Positions 18,961-28,413 of a DNA stretch of 64,000 nucleotides are shown one piece after another. The notes beneath the pieces are model-generated. The model was not told the DNA's origin. It worked only from the letters and a program-made list of their open reading frames with translations, and made no database searches. The DNA is from an uncultured Bdellovibrio sp. (lineage in GTDB: Bacteria; Bdellovibrionota; Bdellovibrionia; Bdellovibrionales; Bdellovibrionaceae), in contig CAZPYX010000001.1 of the NCBI GenBank assembly GCA_964590635.1, forward strand, positions 550 through 64,549, given 5' to 3'. Every line of letters begins with the position of its first letter. The stretch's first letter is position 1. Position numbers and translations under genes: made by a program.

Positions 18961-19545
18961 TCAAACTGGAGACAGTGTCACCACACTTATTCCGATGGCT
19001 TTGCTTGTTCCTTTGTTGTGATAGGAGTGGGCTGAGTCCCCTGGGAAAGCCAATACGTCACCAGCCTTGACGGTGAAGCTTTCGCCTGACACAGAGACCG
19101 TCATTTCACCTTGAACACAGTGAAGGTACTCTTTGGACCCAGTTGAGTGGGGAACACCTCCCATGCGAGCACCCGGTTCAAGTTCAACGCGATCAATTGC
19201 CATGCCTGGAATGGGATCGGGCAGCAGTTTGTAAACCATGACGTTGCCAGATGATCTTTTATTAAAAGGAATATCTGCTTTAGTAATCAATTTCGTCCGT
19301 GATCTTGGCGTGGCCAACAACTCTTCAAAAGGCACCTGAAGGGCCGAACAAATTTTTGTAAGATTTTGCAAAGAAGGATTGCCTGTACCGCACTCCATAT
19401 TCGCCAATGTCGAGCGAGGAATTTTAGCAAGCTTTGCTAATGCCGCTTGAGTGAGCTTTCTTTTCTTTCGTAATTCGAGAATATGAAGAGATAAATTTTT
19501 GGAAAGGACGTCATAGGATAGTTCCATCTCACTAGAATCAATCAC
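18961..19545 (-). CDS. XRE-family HTH plus cupin transcriptional regulator
   Basis: LTQAALAKLAKIPRSTLANMECGTGNPSL HTH; cupin with PHSTGSKE and HSY. Confidence 0.9.
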   Translation of the reverse strand: MIDSSEMELSYDVLSKNLSLHILELRKKRKLTQAALAKLAKIPRSTLANMECGTGNPSLQNLTKICSALQVPFEELLATPRSRTKLITKADIPFNKRSSGNVMVYKLLPDPIPGMAIDRVELEPGARMGGVPHSTGSKEYLHCVQGEMTVSVSGESFTVKAGDVLAFPGDSAHSYHNKGTSKAIGISVVTLSPV

Positions 19546-19559
19546 ACTCTGAGAGAGGT

Positions 19560-19600
19560 CAATATATTGGACATATTTATATTAAAATTCCAATATATTG
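19560..19600. promoter_or_regulatory. Paired palindromic operators
   Basis: CAATATATTG at 19560-19569 and 19591-19600 (31-bp period) between the divergent XRE gene and sodB. Confidence 0.55.
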
Positions 19601-19721
19601 TCCAAATTCTATCTGAATAACCACCCCTAGCTGTCAGGGCTGCCGCCTGTTAACTTGAGCTCTAAGATCTCAGTTAAATTTAGATCTTATTAAATAAATC
19701 TCAACTTTGGAGAATACGACA

Positions 19722-20312
19722 ATGACATTTACACTTCCCGAACTTCCTTATGCTAAAGACGCTCTTGTGCCTCACATGTCCATAGAGACCTTGGAATATC
19801 ATTATGGAAAGCATCATAAAGCTTACGTTGATAACTTGAACAATCTTGTTCCTGGAACTGAATTTCAAAATATGGACTTGGAGAGCATCATCAAGAAGTC
19901 TTCGGGTCCGATCTTTAACAATGCGGCACAAATTTGGAATCATACTTTCTTTTGGAATTGTCTTTCGCCGCAAGGCGGGGGAGATCCCGCTGGCAAGTTA
20001 GCAGAAGAAATGATCAGCTCGTTTGGTTCGACTGAAAAGTTTAAAGAAAAGTTTACGGAAACTTCAGTGAAACATTTTGCATCGGGTTGGGCTTGGCTGG
20101 TTTTATCCAAAGAAGGAAAGCTTGAAATTATCAGCTCCAGTAATGCGTTGACGCCTCTGACAGAGGGACACACACCACTCTTGACTTGTGATGTGTGGGA
20201 GCACGCCTATTACATTGATCATCGCAACAGTCGTCCGAATTTTCTAAATTCATTTTGGAGAATCGTGAACTGGCAATTTGTCGGCGAAAATCTTTTGAAA
20301 GTCCGTAAGTGA
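19722..20312 (+). CDS. sodB: Fe/Mn superoxide dismutase, probably Fe-type
   Basis: [29 protein letters not shown]; start moved to ATG 19722 after a GGAG RBS. Confidence 0.93.
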   Translation: MTFTLPELPYAKDALVPHMSIETLEYHYGKHHKAYVDNLNNLVPGTEFQNMDLESIIKKSSGPIFNNAAQIWNHTFFWNCLSPQGGGDPAGKLAEEMISSFGSTEKFKEKFTETSVKHFASGWAWLVLSKEGKLEIISSSNALTPLTEGHTPLLTCDVWEHAYYIDHRNSRPNFLNSFWRIVNWQFVGENLLKVRK

Positions 20313-20316
20313 AATA

Positions 20317-20349
20317 AAAAAAGGAACCGATTAAGGTTCGGTTCCTTTT
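20317..20349. terminator. Bidirectional terminator between sodB and the PBP gene
   Basis: AAAAGGAACCGA-ttaaggt-TCGGTTCCTTTT. Confidence 0.8.
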
Positions 20350-22643
20350 CTGAAGATTAATTCCACGGATGTGGGATCGTTGGGACCTTGAATGGCTCCA
20401 AGAGCTTTCAAGGTTGCTTCATCCAAGGTGACTTTTTCAGTGCCTTCGGCCCAAGGGAAGTCATCTGCTGGATATCGCGTTCCCACTTTTTTCATAAAGT
20501 TGATCCAAACGGGAAGAGCGCCGCTTGTCCCTGTAAGTTTGTGCGGAATATTGTTGTCATACCCAACCCATACAACGGTCGTTAAATACGGTGTGAATCC
20601 ACCGAACCAAGCATCTTTGTTGTCACTGGTTGTTCCCGTTTTTCCGGCAGCAGGATTTAAAAATCCACTGAGTGTCACTGATCGAGCTGTCCCCGAAAGA
20701 ACAGTTTGTTTCATCATGCTAACTAAGCTTGAAACAGTGGCAGGGTCCTCGACTTGTTGAGGTGCTGGATCATGCACATACACTTCGCCATTTTCAGAGT
20801 TCAAAACTTTACGAATAAAGGAAAGTTTTGTTTTCTTTCCTAAAGAGGCCAAGGTCATATAGCTTTGCAGAACTTCTTTGGGATACATTTCGAAAGCGCC
20901 CAAAGTCAAAGAAGGGAATGTTTTGAGTTCTGACTCCACACCCATTTTGTGAGCGATGTCGACGATATTTCCCAAGCCCACAGCCAATCCCAGCGATGCC
21001 GTCGCCGCATTGAGAGAGTTTTTTAAAGCAAAAAACATAGGCACAGTTCCAAAATACTTTTTGCCATAATTTTCAGGAGACCAAGATTGTCCTTCGTACT
21101 TCGTTGTGAACTTCTCGTCCTTCAATAAAGTGATCGGCGTATATGGTTTGCCTTCTGGAGTTTCATTCATCAGAGCTGTCAGGTACACAAAAGGTTTCAT
21201 GATGGAACCGATTTGACGATGTCCATCAATCGCACGGTTGAACTGTGTCATGCGATAGTTGCGTCCTCCGACGACCACGCTGACCAGTCCCGTTTTGTTA
21301 TCACCGACAAGGACACTGCCTTCAAGAGTGTTGCCTTTTTCCTTAAGGCCCTTGAGATACTTATTTCCTTTTTCCAAGCTGTCCAGGTGATTGCGCAAAG
21401 ATTCTTGCGCCACTTGCTGTGCTTCAAGATCAAGGGCGGTGAAAATCTTCATTCCCTCCGGCGACATTTTCATGCTGTCCATCTGCTTGCGAACGGCATC
21501 GAGATAGTAAGGAGCTGTCTCAGTCGCTAAAGAAACGGGAGCACTTGGCAGCGGTGTGCGATCCGCAATATTTGCCTGTTCGGCAGTGACAAACCCAAGA
21601 CCCTGCATTTTTTCGAGCACCAAATGGCGGCGGCGTTCAGCATTTTCAGGTTTTTTGAATGGATTGTATAAACCTGGGCTGTTGACGATGGCCGCTAGCA
21701 AAGAGCATTCACTGAGATCTAGGTCGCTGACCTCTTTGTTGAAGTAGTGTTTTGCTGCTGAGCCATAACCACGAACCTGGAAAGAACCATTTTGCCCCAT
21801 GTAAATCACATTGAGATACGTTTCCAAGATTTCGTCTTTACTGAAGCGGGATTCCAAAAGAATCGACATGACAAATTCATTGAATTTACGTTTCAGAGTT
21901 CGTTCGCTGGTAAGAAAGTAGTTTTTTACTAATTGCTGAGTGATGGTGCTGCCACCTTGAGCCGTGCGTCCGTGAGTCAAATTTTTTAGAAGGGCACGGA
22001 AAATACCTTTGTAGCTGACTCCACCATGTTCTAAGAATTGAGCATCCTCGATGGACATGATCGCGTTCAAACACATCGGTGGAACTTCCCCGAGTGTGAT
22101 GGTCTTCTGCATTAAAGGTTCGTTGCCAATGTATTGAGCAAGAAGAGGAGCTTCACCGAGCAAGGACGGTACTTCTTGAAAAGGGGCGCCTTTGAAAACC
22201 TGCGAAATCAAATTGTCCTTTTGCAATACAAGAACCTGGATAGAGCTATCAATCTGATTTGTCGCGACGTCCTTATTCACCCAGCCAAAGCATTGCGCTT
22301 GTTCTTCGCTCAATGTGACTTGCAAGCGGGCGGCACACTCTTCGCGAGTTGCAACGAAATAATCCCCTGGAAGAAGGCGTTGATCATAGTTACGACGGCG
22401 ATAAGATTCCCTTGTGAACTGAGACTCGAGATCTTCGATTTTCAAAAGAGTTCTTGCTGTGAAGGTCGGAGGAGATGCGTAGTATTCCGTCGGGATTAAG
22501 AACTTTTTTGACTCTAATTTTTGAGTCATCTCTTTCTCTAGAGAAAAGTAGGAATAGACGCCAATCCCAAGGCCTGTGATGATCACAAGCGTCACAAGGA
22601 TTGTAAAACAAATTAAAATGGTCTTTAATCGTGATCGCAACAT
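20331..22643 (-). CDS. mrcB: Class A penicillin-binding protein (PBP1B-like)
   Basis: TGase motifs IEDAQF and GGSTITQQLVKN; TPase SIMK, SLN, KTGT; start moved to ATG 22643. Confidence 0.9.
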   Translation of the reverse strand: MLRSRLKTILICFTILVTLVIITGLGIGVYSYFSLEKEMTQKLESKKFLIPTEYYASPPTFTARTLLKIEDLESQFTRESYRRRNYDQRLLPGDYFVATREECAARLQVTLSEEQAQCFGWVNKDVATNQIDSSIQVLVLQKDNLISQVFKGAPFQEVPSLLGEAPLLAQYIGNEPLMQKTITLGEVPPMCLNAIMSIEDAQFLEHGGVSYKGIFRALLKNLTHGRTAQGGSTITQQLVKNYFLTSERTLKRKFNEFVMSILLESRFSKDEILETYLNVIYMGQNGSFQVRGYGSAAKHYFNKEVSDLDLSECSLLAAIVNSPGLYNPFKKPENAERRRHLVLEKMQGLGFVTAEQANIADRTPLPSAPVSLATETAPYYLDAVRKQMDSMKMSPEGMKIFTALDLEAQQVAQESLRNHLDSLEKGNKYLKGLKEKGNTLEGSVLVGDNKTGLVSVVVGGRNYRMTQFNRAIDGHRQIGSIMKPFVYLTALMNETPEGKPYTPITLLKDEKFTTKYEGQSWSPENYGKKYFGTVPMFFALKNSLNAATASLGLAVGLGNIVDIAHKMGVESELKTFPSLTLGAFEMYPKEVLQSYMTLASLGKKTKLSFIRKVLNSENGEVYVHDPAPQQVEDPATVSSLVSMMKQTVLSGTARSVTLSGFLNPAAGKTGTTSDNKDAWFGGFTPYLTTVVWVGYDNNIPHKLTGTSGALPVWINFMKKVGTRYPADDFPWAEGTEKVTLDEATLKALGAIQGPNDPTSVELIFRKGTEP

Positions 22644-22742
22644 ACACGTAGCGTAGTACGAAATTGTGTTCGAAGCAAAGCTCGGATGTAATTTGTCTGG
22701 TCTACACTCCAGCTTTGCTGGAGGAGATTGAAAGGATCGTTT

Positions 22743-23387
22743 GTGGCTAAGAAGAAATCTTCTGCTAAGCAAACTAAGCAAGTCAAAAAAGCTTCTCCAA
22801 AGAAGGCCGGGAAAAAGGCCGCTCCGAAAAAGAAACCAGTTGTAAAAAAAGCTGCACCTAAGGCTGCGACTAAGAAAAAAACTGCTCCAGTTAAGAAAAC
22901 GGCGAAAAAAGTAGCTCCTAAAAAAGCGGCGACGAAAAAATCACCGGTGAAGAAGGCAGCAGCGAAGAAGTCAGCTCCAAAAAAGGCAACGAAGTCAGCG
23001 GTTAAGCCCGTTGCTAAGCCTAGCTCTGCAAAACCTGCGAACCAACACTTGTTAAGAGCAGTTGCTCCAGTAAAACAACTGGATTTGAGCAATTTCGTGA
23101 CTCCGTTGGATGATCGTTTGATTGTTCAATTGTCGGGTGCGGAAAAAATGACAGCAGGTGGTTTGTACATTCCTGATACTGTTTCTGATGTTTCAGGTAA
23201 TTTGCATGGCACAGTGGTTGCCGCAGGCCGAGGTCATGTCAGCAAAAAAGGCCATCTTCGTCCCATGGACGTCAAGGTCGGAGACAAGATTGTCTTTGCT
23301 GAGTACGCAGGATCAAAAATCAAAATTCAAAATGAAGACCTTGTCATCATTCGCGAAGGCGACGTGATGGGCGTGGTTGCAAAATAA
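22743..23387 (+). CDS. groES: GroES co-chaperonin with an N-terminal Lys/Ala/Pro-rich histone H1-like extension
   Basis: C-terminal PLDDRLIV..TAGGLYIPD..VKVGDKIVFAEYAG..IIREGDVMG; about 100 aa of KKAAPK-type repeats; AAAGGA RBS before GTG 22743. Confidence 0.88.
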   Translation: MAKKKSSAKQTKQVKKASPKKAGKKAAPKKKPVVKKAAPKAATKKKTAPVKKTAKKVAPKKAATKKSPVKKAAAKKSAPKKATKSAVKPVAKPSSAKPANQHLLRAVAPVKQLDLSNFVTPLDDRLIVQLSGAEKMTAGGLYIPDTVSDVSGNLHGTVVAAGRGHVSKKGHLRPMDVKVGDKIVFAEYAGSKIKIQNEDLVIIREGDVMGVVAK

Positions 23388-23397
23388 GGGATAAAGA

Positions 23398-24819
23398 ATG
23401 TTGAACGCAAAATTGATTAAAGTTTTGGGTCTTTCCATTGCCTTGATGTCTTCCACTGCGGGTGCGATGTCTTTGGACTGGAGTGGTGGATACCGCGCTG
23501 AATGGACAGAGGTAGATAAACCTTCATTGGGATCTCCTACTGAAAGAAAAGCTTACGGCACAAATTTCTTGTACTTGAGCCCAAAAATCATCGCGGCTGA
23601 TGGAATCAACATCAATACTCGCTTTGATATCTTGTCGAATTCTTTCTATGAAAATTCTCAATTGGGTGAAATCTGGGGTTTGAATAGCAATACTCCCCAC
23701 GCAAACTCATCGAACCAAGGCAGTTCTTCAGTTCGCGTCAGTCAATTGTATTTGACTGTGAACCAAGAGTTCGGCGCCTTGATGGTGGGGCGTGTTCCTT
23801 GGGAGTTCGGTATCGGCATGACCTATAATGCAGGTAAAGGAGCTTTCGATCACTGGTACGATACACGTGACATGATTGCCTACAAAATCGTTGTGGGTGA
23901 TTGGTTTGTGATGCCAATGTTGGGTCGTCAACAGGCTCAAGATTTCGGTCAAGGAAACACAATCAGCACGATGGGTGTTCAGCTTCAATACGAAAATACT
24001 GAAAACAAATCTTTGATCGGCGTTTATATGGAACAGAAGAAAGGTGCTGTGACGGCACTTGATTATTCTGCAAGCCAAATTGCGGCTTACGGCGCTAATG
24101 GTGCCGCTCCAAATGCATTAAACGAAACAACGACAAGCTTTGTTTTGGGACGTGGATTTGACAGTTTTGGTTTCAAAGTTGAAGCGGCTTTCCTTCAAGG
24201 TGAGACAGGCTTAGTGGATGCGTTCAACGATGACATCCGCTTGGGTGGATACGGTATCGCAGCTGAGTTGTACTTCCCGCGTGCACAATCTAAGTGGGAC
24301 TGGAGAGTAAAACTTGGTATGGCAACGGGTGACGATACGAATTCAACTAGCTTCGGTGGGTTTGCGTTCAATCGTAACTACGAAGTCGGTATGTTGTTAT
24401 TCAATCACCGTTTAGGTGGTGGACCAGACTTCCTTCAAACAAACACTGTGAAGCCGTCAACTGGATCCAACGGTGCTGCTTTGAACGTTGGAAATTCTGC
24501 TGACGATGAAAGCGTAAGTAACTCCGTTTATCTTGCTCCTTCAGTGAACTACACTTGGACAGACAAACTTGAATTGAGAAATACAGTTGTTTGGGCTCAA
24601 TTGTTGAACACTACGAAAAATTCTGTTGATGCAAAAAAAGATTTAGGTCTAGAATGGGATATCGAATTGGTTTACAAGCCGCATGAAAGAGTTCAGTGGG
24701 TGAATCAGATCGGGTTGCTCTTCCCTGGTGAAGCTTGGAAAAATGGTACAGGCGCCGGTGGAAACTTGAGCAACGATTTTACATTTGGATTAGCAAGTAA
24801 AGCCGCCATCAGCTTTTGA
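23398..24819 (+). CDS. Outer-membrane beta-barrel protein
   Basis: Signal peptide, many amphipathic strands, C-terminal Phe; 473 aa. Confidence 0.75.
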   Translation: MLNAKLIKVLGLSIALMSSTAGAMSLDWSGGYRAEWTEVDKPSLGSPTERKAYGTNFLYLSPKIIAADGININTRFDILSNSFYENSQLGEIWGLNSNTPHANSSNQGSSSVRVSQLYLTVNQEFGALMVGRVPWEFGIGMTYNAGKGAFDHWYDTRDMIAYKIVVGDWFVMPMLGRQQAQDFGQGNTISTMGVQLQYENTENKSLIGVYMEQKKGAVTALDYSASQIAAYGANGAAPNALNETTTSFVLGRGFDSFGFKVEAAFLQGETGLVDAFNDDIRLGGYGIAAELYFPRAQSKWDWRVKLGMATGDDTNSTSFGGFAFNRNYEVGMLLFNHRLGGGPDFLQTNTVKPSTGSNGAALNVGNSADDESVSNSVYLAPSVNYTWTDKLELRNTVVWAQLLNTTKNSVDAKKDLGLEWDIELVYKPHERVQWVNQIGLLFPGEAWKNGTGAGGNLSNDFTFGLASKAAISF

Positions 24820-24890
24820 TAACTACATGATTGCAACTTGTACGACAGCTTGATGACATACTAAAACATCTTGTTTGGTGGTGAGCAGGG

Positions 24891-24927
24891 CCCGGGGGGG
24901 CGCAAGTCCCCTCGGGATTTTTTTTGC
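24891..24927 (+). terminator. Intrinsic terminator
   Basis: CCCGGGGGG..CCCCTCGGG stem followed by a T-run. Confidence 0.55.
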
Positions 24928-24958
24928 CCAAAATCCGAAATCTCCCTACAATCTAGGC

Positions 24959-25645
24959 ATGAGATATCTTCTTTTAATTCTGGCTCTGACTTCTTTCACA
25001 GGTTGTATTCATAAAAAACCGAAGGGCCCAGCAATGAGAACCTTTCAAATGAGCCCAGTTCCCCTCAGTCCCTATCACTGGACCGTTGAATATGATGGCG
25101 GAGGACAGGTTTTATTCAATCCAGATGGCAGCGGCGACTTGGTTTTTCAACCTCAACAGGCAAAAACTTCGGCGCAGACTTTTGCCACCTTATTATTGTT
25201 GAAAGACACATTAAATAGACCTCTTAAAAATTATGCTGTGAAAATTGAAGTCACCACGGAAAGGCAACTACGTTCATCGACACCTAATGAGTGGGAAGTT
25301 TTTTGGTTCTTTGGAAACTATCAAAGAGGTTTAAACAAAGATAAAACGGCGAACTATTTTTTGCTTAAGCCAAACACCGGGGCGGAGCTTGGCCGCGTGT
25401 TCGAAGAAGTGGGACAGCATTTTCTAAGGACCGACGAATCAAAAGATTTAAAAATTGGCGAGCGCGCCACTTTCATCATTGTAAAGGAAGGCGGGCATTT
25501 TCAAGTGTATAAGAATGGCTCCGAAATCATAGACTACCAAGGCGAGCAAATGCCTGAGGGTTTGTATGATCAAATGGGAGCATTGGGGCTTTACTCGGAA
25601 GATGCGTTGGTGCGCGTTCACTCCTTTGCTTATCAAGCATTATAA
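24959..25645 (+). CDS. Hypothetical lipoprotein, probably beta-sandwich
   Basis: MRYLLLILALTSFTGC lipobox; start moved from 24875 to ATG 24959. Confidence 0.75.
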   Translation: MRYLLLILALTSFTGCIHKKPKGPAMRTFQMSPVPLSPYHWTVEYDGGGQVLFNPDGSGDLVFQPQQAKTSAQTFATLLLLKDTLNRPLKNYAVKIEVTTERQLRSSTPNEWEVFWFFGNYQRGLNKDKTANYFLLKPNTGAELGRVFEEVGQHFLRTDESKDLKIGERATFIIVKEGGHFQVYKNGSEIIDYQGEQMPEGLYDQMGALGLYSEDALVRVHSFAYQAL

Positions 25646-25654
25646 GGAGATTCT

Positions 25655-26023
25655 ATGAAGCAAATTTTATTGTCCTTGGTCGCAACTTTTATGCTGACAG
25701 GTTTGGCGCAAGCCAGTGAATGGACACCGGTGCTTTCCTATACGGCAATGGAAAATTCTCCGTCTTATCGTGATGTTCTTATTCATAATCCAGGAACCTA
25801 TTCAGAAGTGCGTTTGCAAATGAATGGTGCAGGTTACGTCGATCGTTTCGATACTATTTCCCATGTTTTGTGGGGACGGGAAGTCGACGGATTGTCTGGT
25901 CACTATGAACGTGGAGAATCACGTACAGCTTCGTTTGATAGTCGTCAAGTGCGCTGGGTGCGCCTGTATGTGCGTTCAACACCTCCAGGTCAACCCGTGA
26001 ATGTTCAAGTTTGGATGAGGTAA
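25655..26023 (+). CDS. Small secreted hypothetical protein
   Basis: AAGGAG RBS, signal peptide ending AQA, 122 aa. Confidence 0.8.
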   Translation: MKQILLSLVATFMLTGLAQASEWTPVLSYTAMENSPSYRDVLIHNPGTYSEVRLQMNGAGYVDRFDTISHVLWGREVDGLSGHYERGESRTASFDSRQVRWVRLYVRSTPPGQPVNVQVWMR

Positions 26024-26024
26024 T

Positions 26025-26708
26025 TTATTGAAGTTGCCAAGCTGGAGATTCGCAGATTTGTAAAATCACGGCTCTCCAGCGGTTTGTCGTATTTTCTGTA
26101 GGGGCAATGGTGCGATCTAGTTCAATCAAAGAACTGACGACATTAGCCGGGGCATCATCTCCGCGATAAAACATTTCATAAATTTGTGCGATGGCTGCTG
26201 AAGTTGGCGCAGTCGGTGGATTCGTAACTTTTTGCAGAACAGCGGAAATCGCTTGATCTGTCCCTAAGATATTTTCGCAAACTTGCACGTTGAATGACTG
26301 ACGAACGGTATTGTCTTCTGACTGATAGGGAAGATTCGCATTCACGATGGAACCTCCGCAGTCTTGTCCTCCGTAAGAGCCGTAGGGATCACAACCTTGT
26401 CCGAATTGGGCTCCTTTATAAAACACCCATTGATTGATGATGCCTTCTAAATTTGGAACCGGAGTTGATGCAGAATAAAAAACTTCTCGCAGTAAAGCCG
26501 CCACATAGGTTTTATTCACCATTTGCAAACGTTGAGTTGGAAGAACGGCGGTTTTTTCTGAGGGATGACTGACGTCATTCAATCCCATTGAAGGTGCTGT
26601 TGAAGATGAATCCATGGCGGCAAAGCCACCCGCTTGACCACAGTTTTGATATAACTGAGTAAGGACCAGTCCAATAGCGGCCGCGAATAAGAGTTTTTGT
26701 TTCTTCAT
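26025..26708 (-). CDS. Hypothetical lipoprotein-like protein
   Basis: Hydrophobic N-terminus ending LYQNCG; last gene of a tight three-gene operon. Confidence 0.75.
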   Translation of the reverse strand: MKKQKLLFAAAIGLVLTQLYQNCGQAGGFAAMDSSSTAPSMGLNDVSHPSEKTAVLPTQRLQMVNKTYVAALLREVFYSASTPVPNLEGIINQWVFYKGAQFGQGCDPYGSYGGQDCGGSIVNANLPYQSEDNTVRQSFNVQVCENILGTDQAISAVLQKVTNPPTAPTSAAIAQIYEMFYRGDDAPANVVSSLIELDRTIAPTENTTNRWRAVILQICESPAWQLQ

Positions 26709-26709
26709 C

Positions 26710-28401
26710 TTACACCACGATTTTTGTTGGGTAGTTAATTTTCACAACATCACCGTTAAGTTCGGCAAGAGGTCTTGCTAAATTCTCGTAAGGATTTTTC
26801 GGTACTCTTAAGAATGCTGCAACCGTCGAAGCTGCGGCAGTCGGAGTGGGTTGGCCTTTTTGATTGTAATCATCAATAGGAGCCGCCAAACCTTGAGTTC
26901 CTTGATAGCCGCCACCGGGCCCAGAACGACGAATATTTCCTACGACAAAGGGACCATTTTTTATAGCGCCGGAATAAATGCTGGTGATCATTTGGTTGAA
27001 GCCATGATCACTGCCAGAACCATCAGAACGAGCACTTCTGCCAAACTCTGACATCAGTTGCACAACTGTTTCCGACCAAACATCTTTACCGTTAATAGTT
27101 GTCGCTTTTAATCGATCGATAAGTTCCAAAAGTCCCGCCGCAAATCCCCGGAAAAATGCAGTGGTGTAGAATAAGCCAGCCGCAGCGCCTGATTCATGCA
27201 TGTCGTGAATCAAATGTTCTAAGTCGGAGGAGGCGACTCCCGCTTCTTGCAAGCGAATATTTCCTGTTTCCCCCATCTGTAAATCAACGGAGGTCACTAA
27301 GCCTTTTGTTAAAACATACTCTGTCAAAGCCAAGCCTTCAGCCCAATTTTCAGGGCCAGAAGTCTCATTCAGGCTATCACGAAGATTAAAATCTTTATTA
27401 AGGATCATAGCGCGATTTTCACGGGCCATGTGCAGTTTCCAATAAGCATTTTCCTGGGAAATTAAATTCATATCACTGATGCCAGGAAGATTGCTGCCGG
27501 TTTGGCGCATACTTTGTGTGATGACATTGCGATAACGAGCTACAGCTGGTGCCCAGTAGGCATCGATGTCAGAGATACCAACCTTCATCAAGGCGGCTGC
27601 ATTTGAAAGATTCTTCTTTACGATGGCAGCTCCAGTTCGGTCGGACTTTGCGTAGGTAGCCAATCGGGCTTGAGCCAGTTCATAGGCGGCAATATTTCGA
27701 GTCTTGACATTAAGACCTGCTTTATTTGTCGGTGCACCAAAGCCCTGCATTAGATTCGTTAACGGCGCGCCTGATAGTTTGTTCAGCGCTTTGCCTTGAA
27801 CAGAAACGAAGTTTCCGAAGTCACCACGATCTGGCCATTGAATCGCTTCGAAAGTTTTTGAAGAGTTGTCAGCAGCTAGTCCGCCAATGGAGGATACTCC
27901 ACCGACGGGAGTTTGCTGAGCGCTGGCATTGAAAGGATGCCCATCCAATCCCGAGCCATAGCCTCGAATGACCATCATATTATTCAGCAAATCTTTTAAA
28001 GGCTTCATTGGGTTCGCCGTAGTGACGACGTTGTGTGAAAACATGTGGGGAACTAAAACTTTATTGTATTCAAAGGTAGAGTACATTACGCCAGAAGCGC
28101 GGTCCCCTGACTTTGTATAACATGTTGAAACCATCGGATTGGACTCGATAGATGGATCATTTGAATTAGTACGAATCCAGTGATCGAAAGCATAACGGTA
28201 AGGCGCGCCGATCATCATCACATTGACATAATTGCGAGCACCGACGATTCCTGTCGATTCAGCATGGGCTTTTTTAATGAATCCATGGGTCATCAAATTC
28301 AGAAGTCGCTCAACGGGTGTGGGAGTCAGGAAAGATCCTCCAGCAATCAGCCCGCCTTGTAAAAACTGTCTACGATCAAATTTATTGTCATTACCAGACA
28401 T
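26710..28401 (-). CDS. Tat-exported DUF1501-like protein
   Basis: DRRQFLQGG twin-arginine motif; C-terminal MSEFGRS..DHG..GPFVVG pattern. Confidence 0.7.
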   Translation of the reverse strand: MSGNDNKFDRRQFLQGGLIAGGSFLTPTPVERLLNLMTHGFIKKAHAESTGIVGARNYVNVMMIGAPYRYAFDHWIRTNSNDPSIESNPMVSTCYTKSGDRASGVMYSTFEYNKVLVPHMFSHNVVTTANPMKPLKDLLNNMMVIRGYGSGLDGHPFNASAQQTPVGGVSSIGGLAADNSSKTFEAIQWPDRGDFGNFVSVQGKALNKLSGAPLTNLMQGFGAPTNKAGLNVKTRNIAAYELAQARLATYAKSDRTGAAIVKKNLSNAAALMKVGISDIDAYWAPAVARYRNVITQSMRQTGSNLPGISDMNLISQENAYWKLHMARENRAMILNKDFNLRDSLNETSGPENWAEGLALTEYVLTKGLVTSVDLQMGETGNIRLQEAGVASSDLEHLIHDMHESGAAAGLFYTTAFFRGFAAGLLELIDRLKATTINGKDVWSETVVQLMSEFGRSARSDGSGSDHGFNQMITSIYSGAIKNGPFVVGNIRRSGPGGGYQGTQGLAAPIDDYNQKGQPTPTAAASTVAAFLRVPKNPYENLARPLAELNGDVVKINYPTKIVV

Positions 28402-28413
28402 AAAAGCCCCTTA

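Noticed and set aside
22625-23092. 155-aa hydrophobic antisense ORF
   Set aside because: It is the reverse complement of the Lys/Ala-rich GroES extension.
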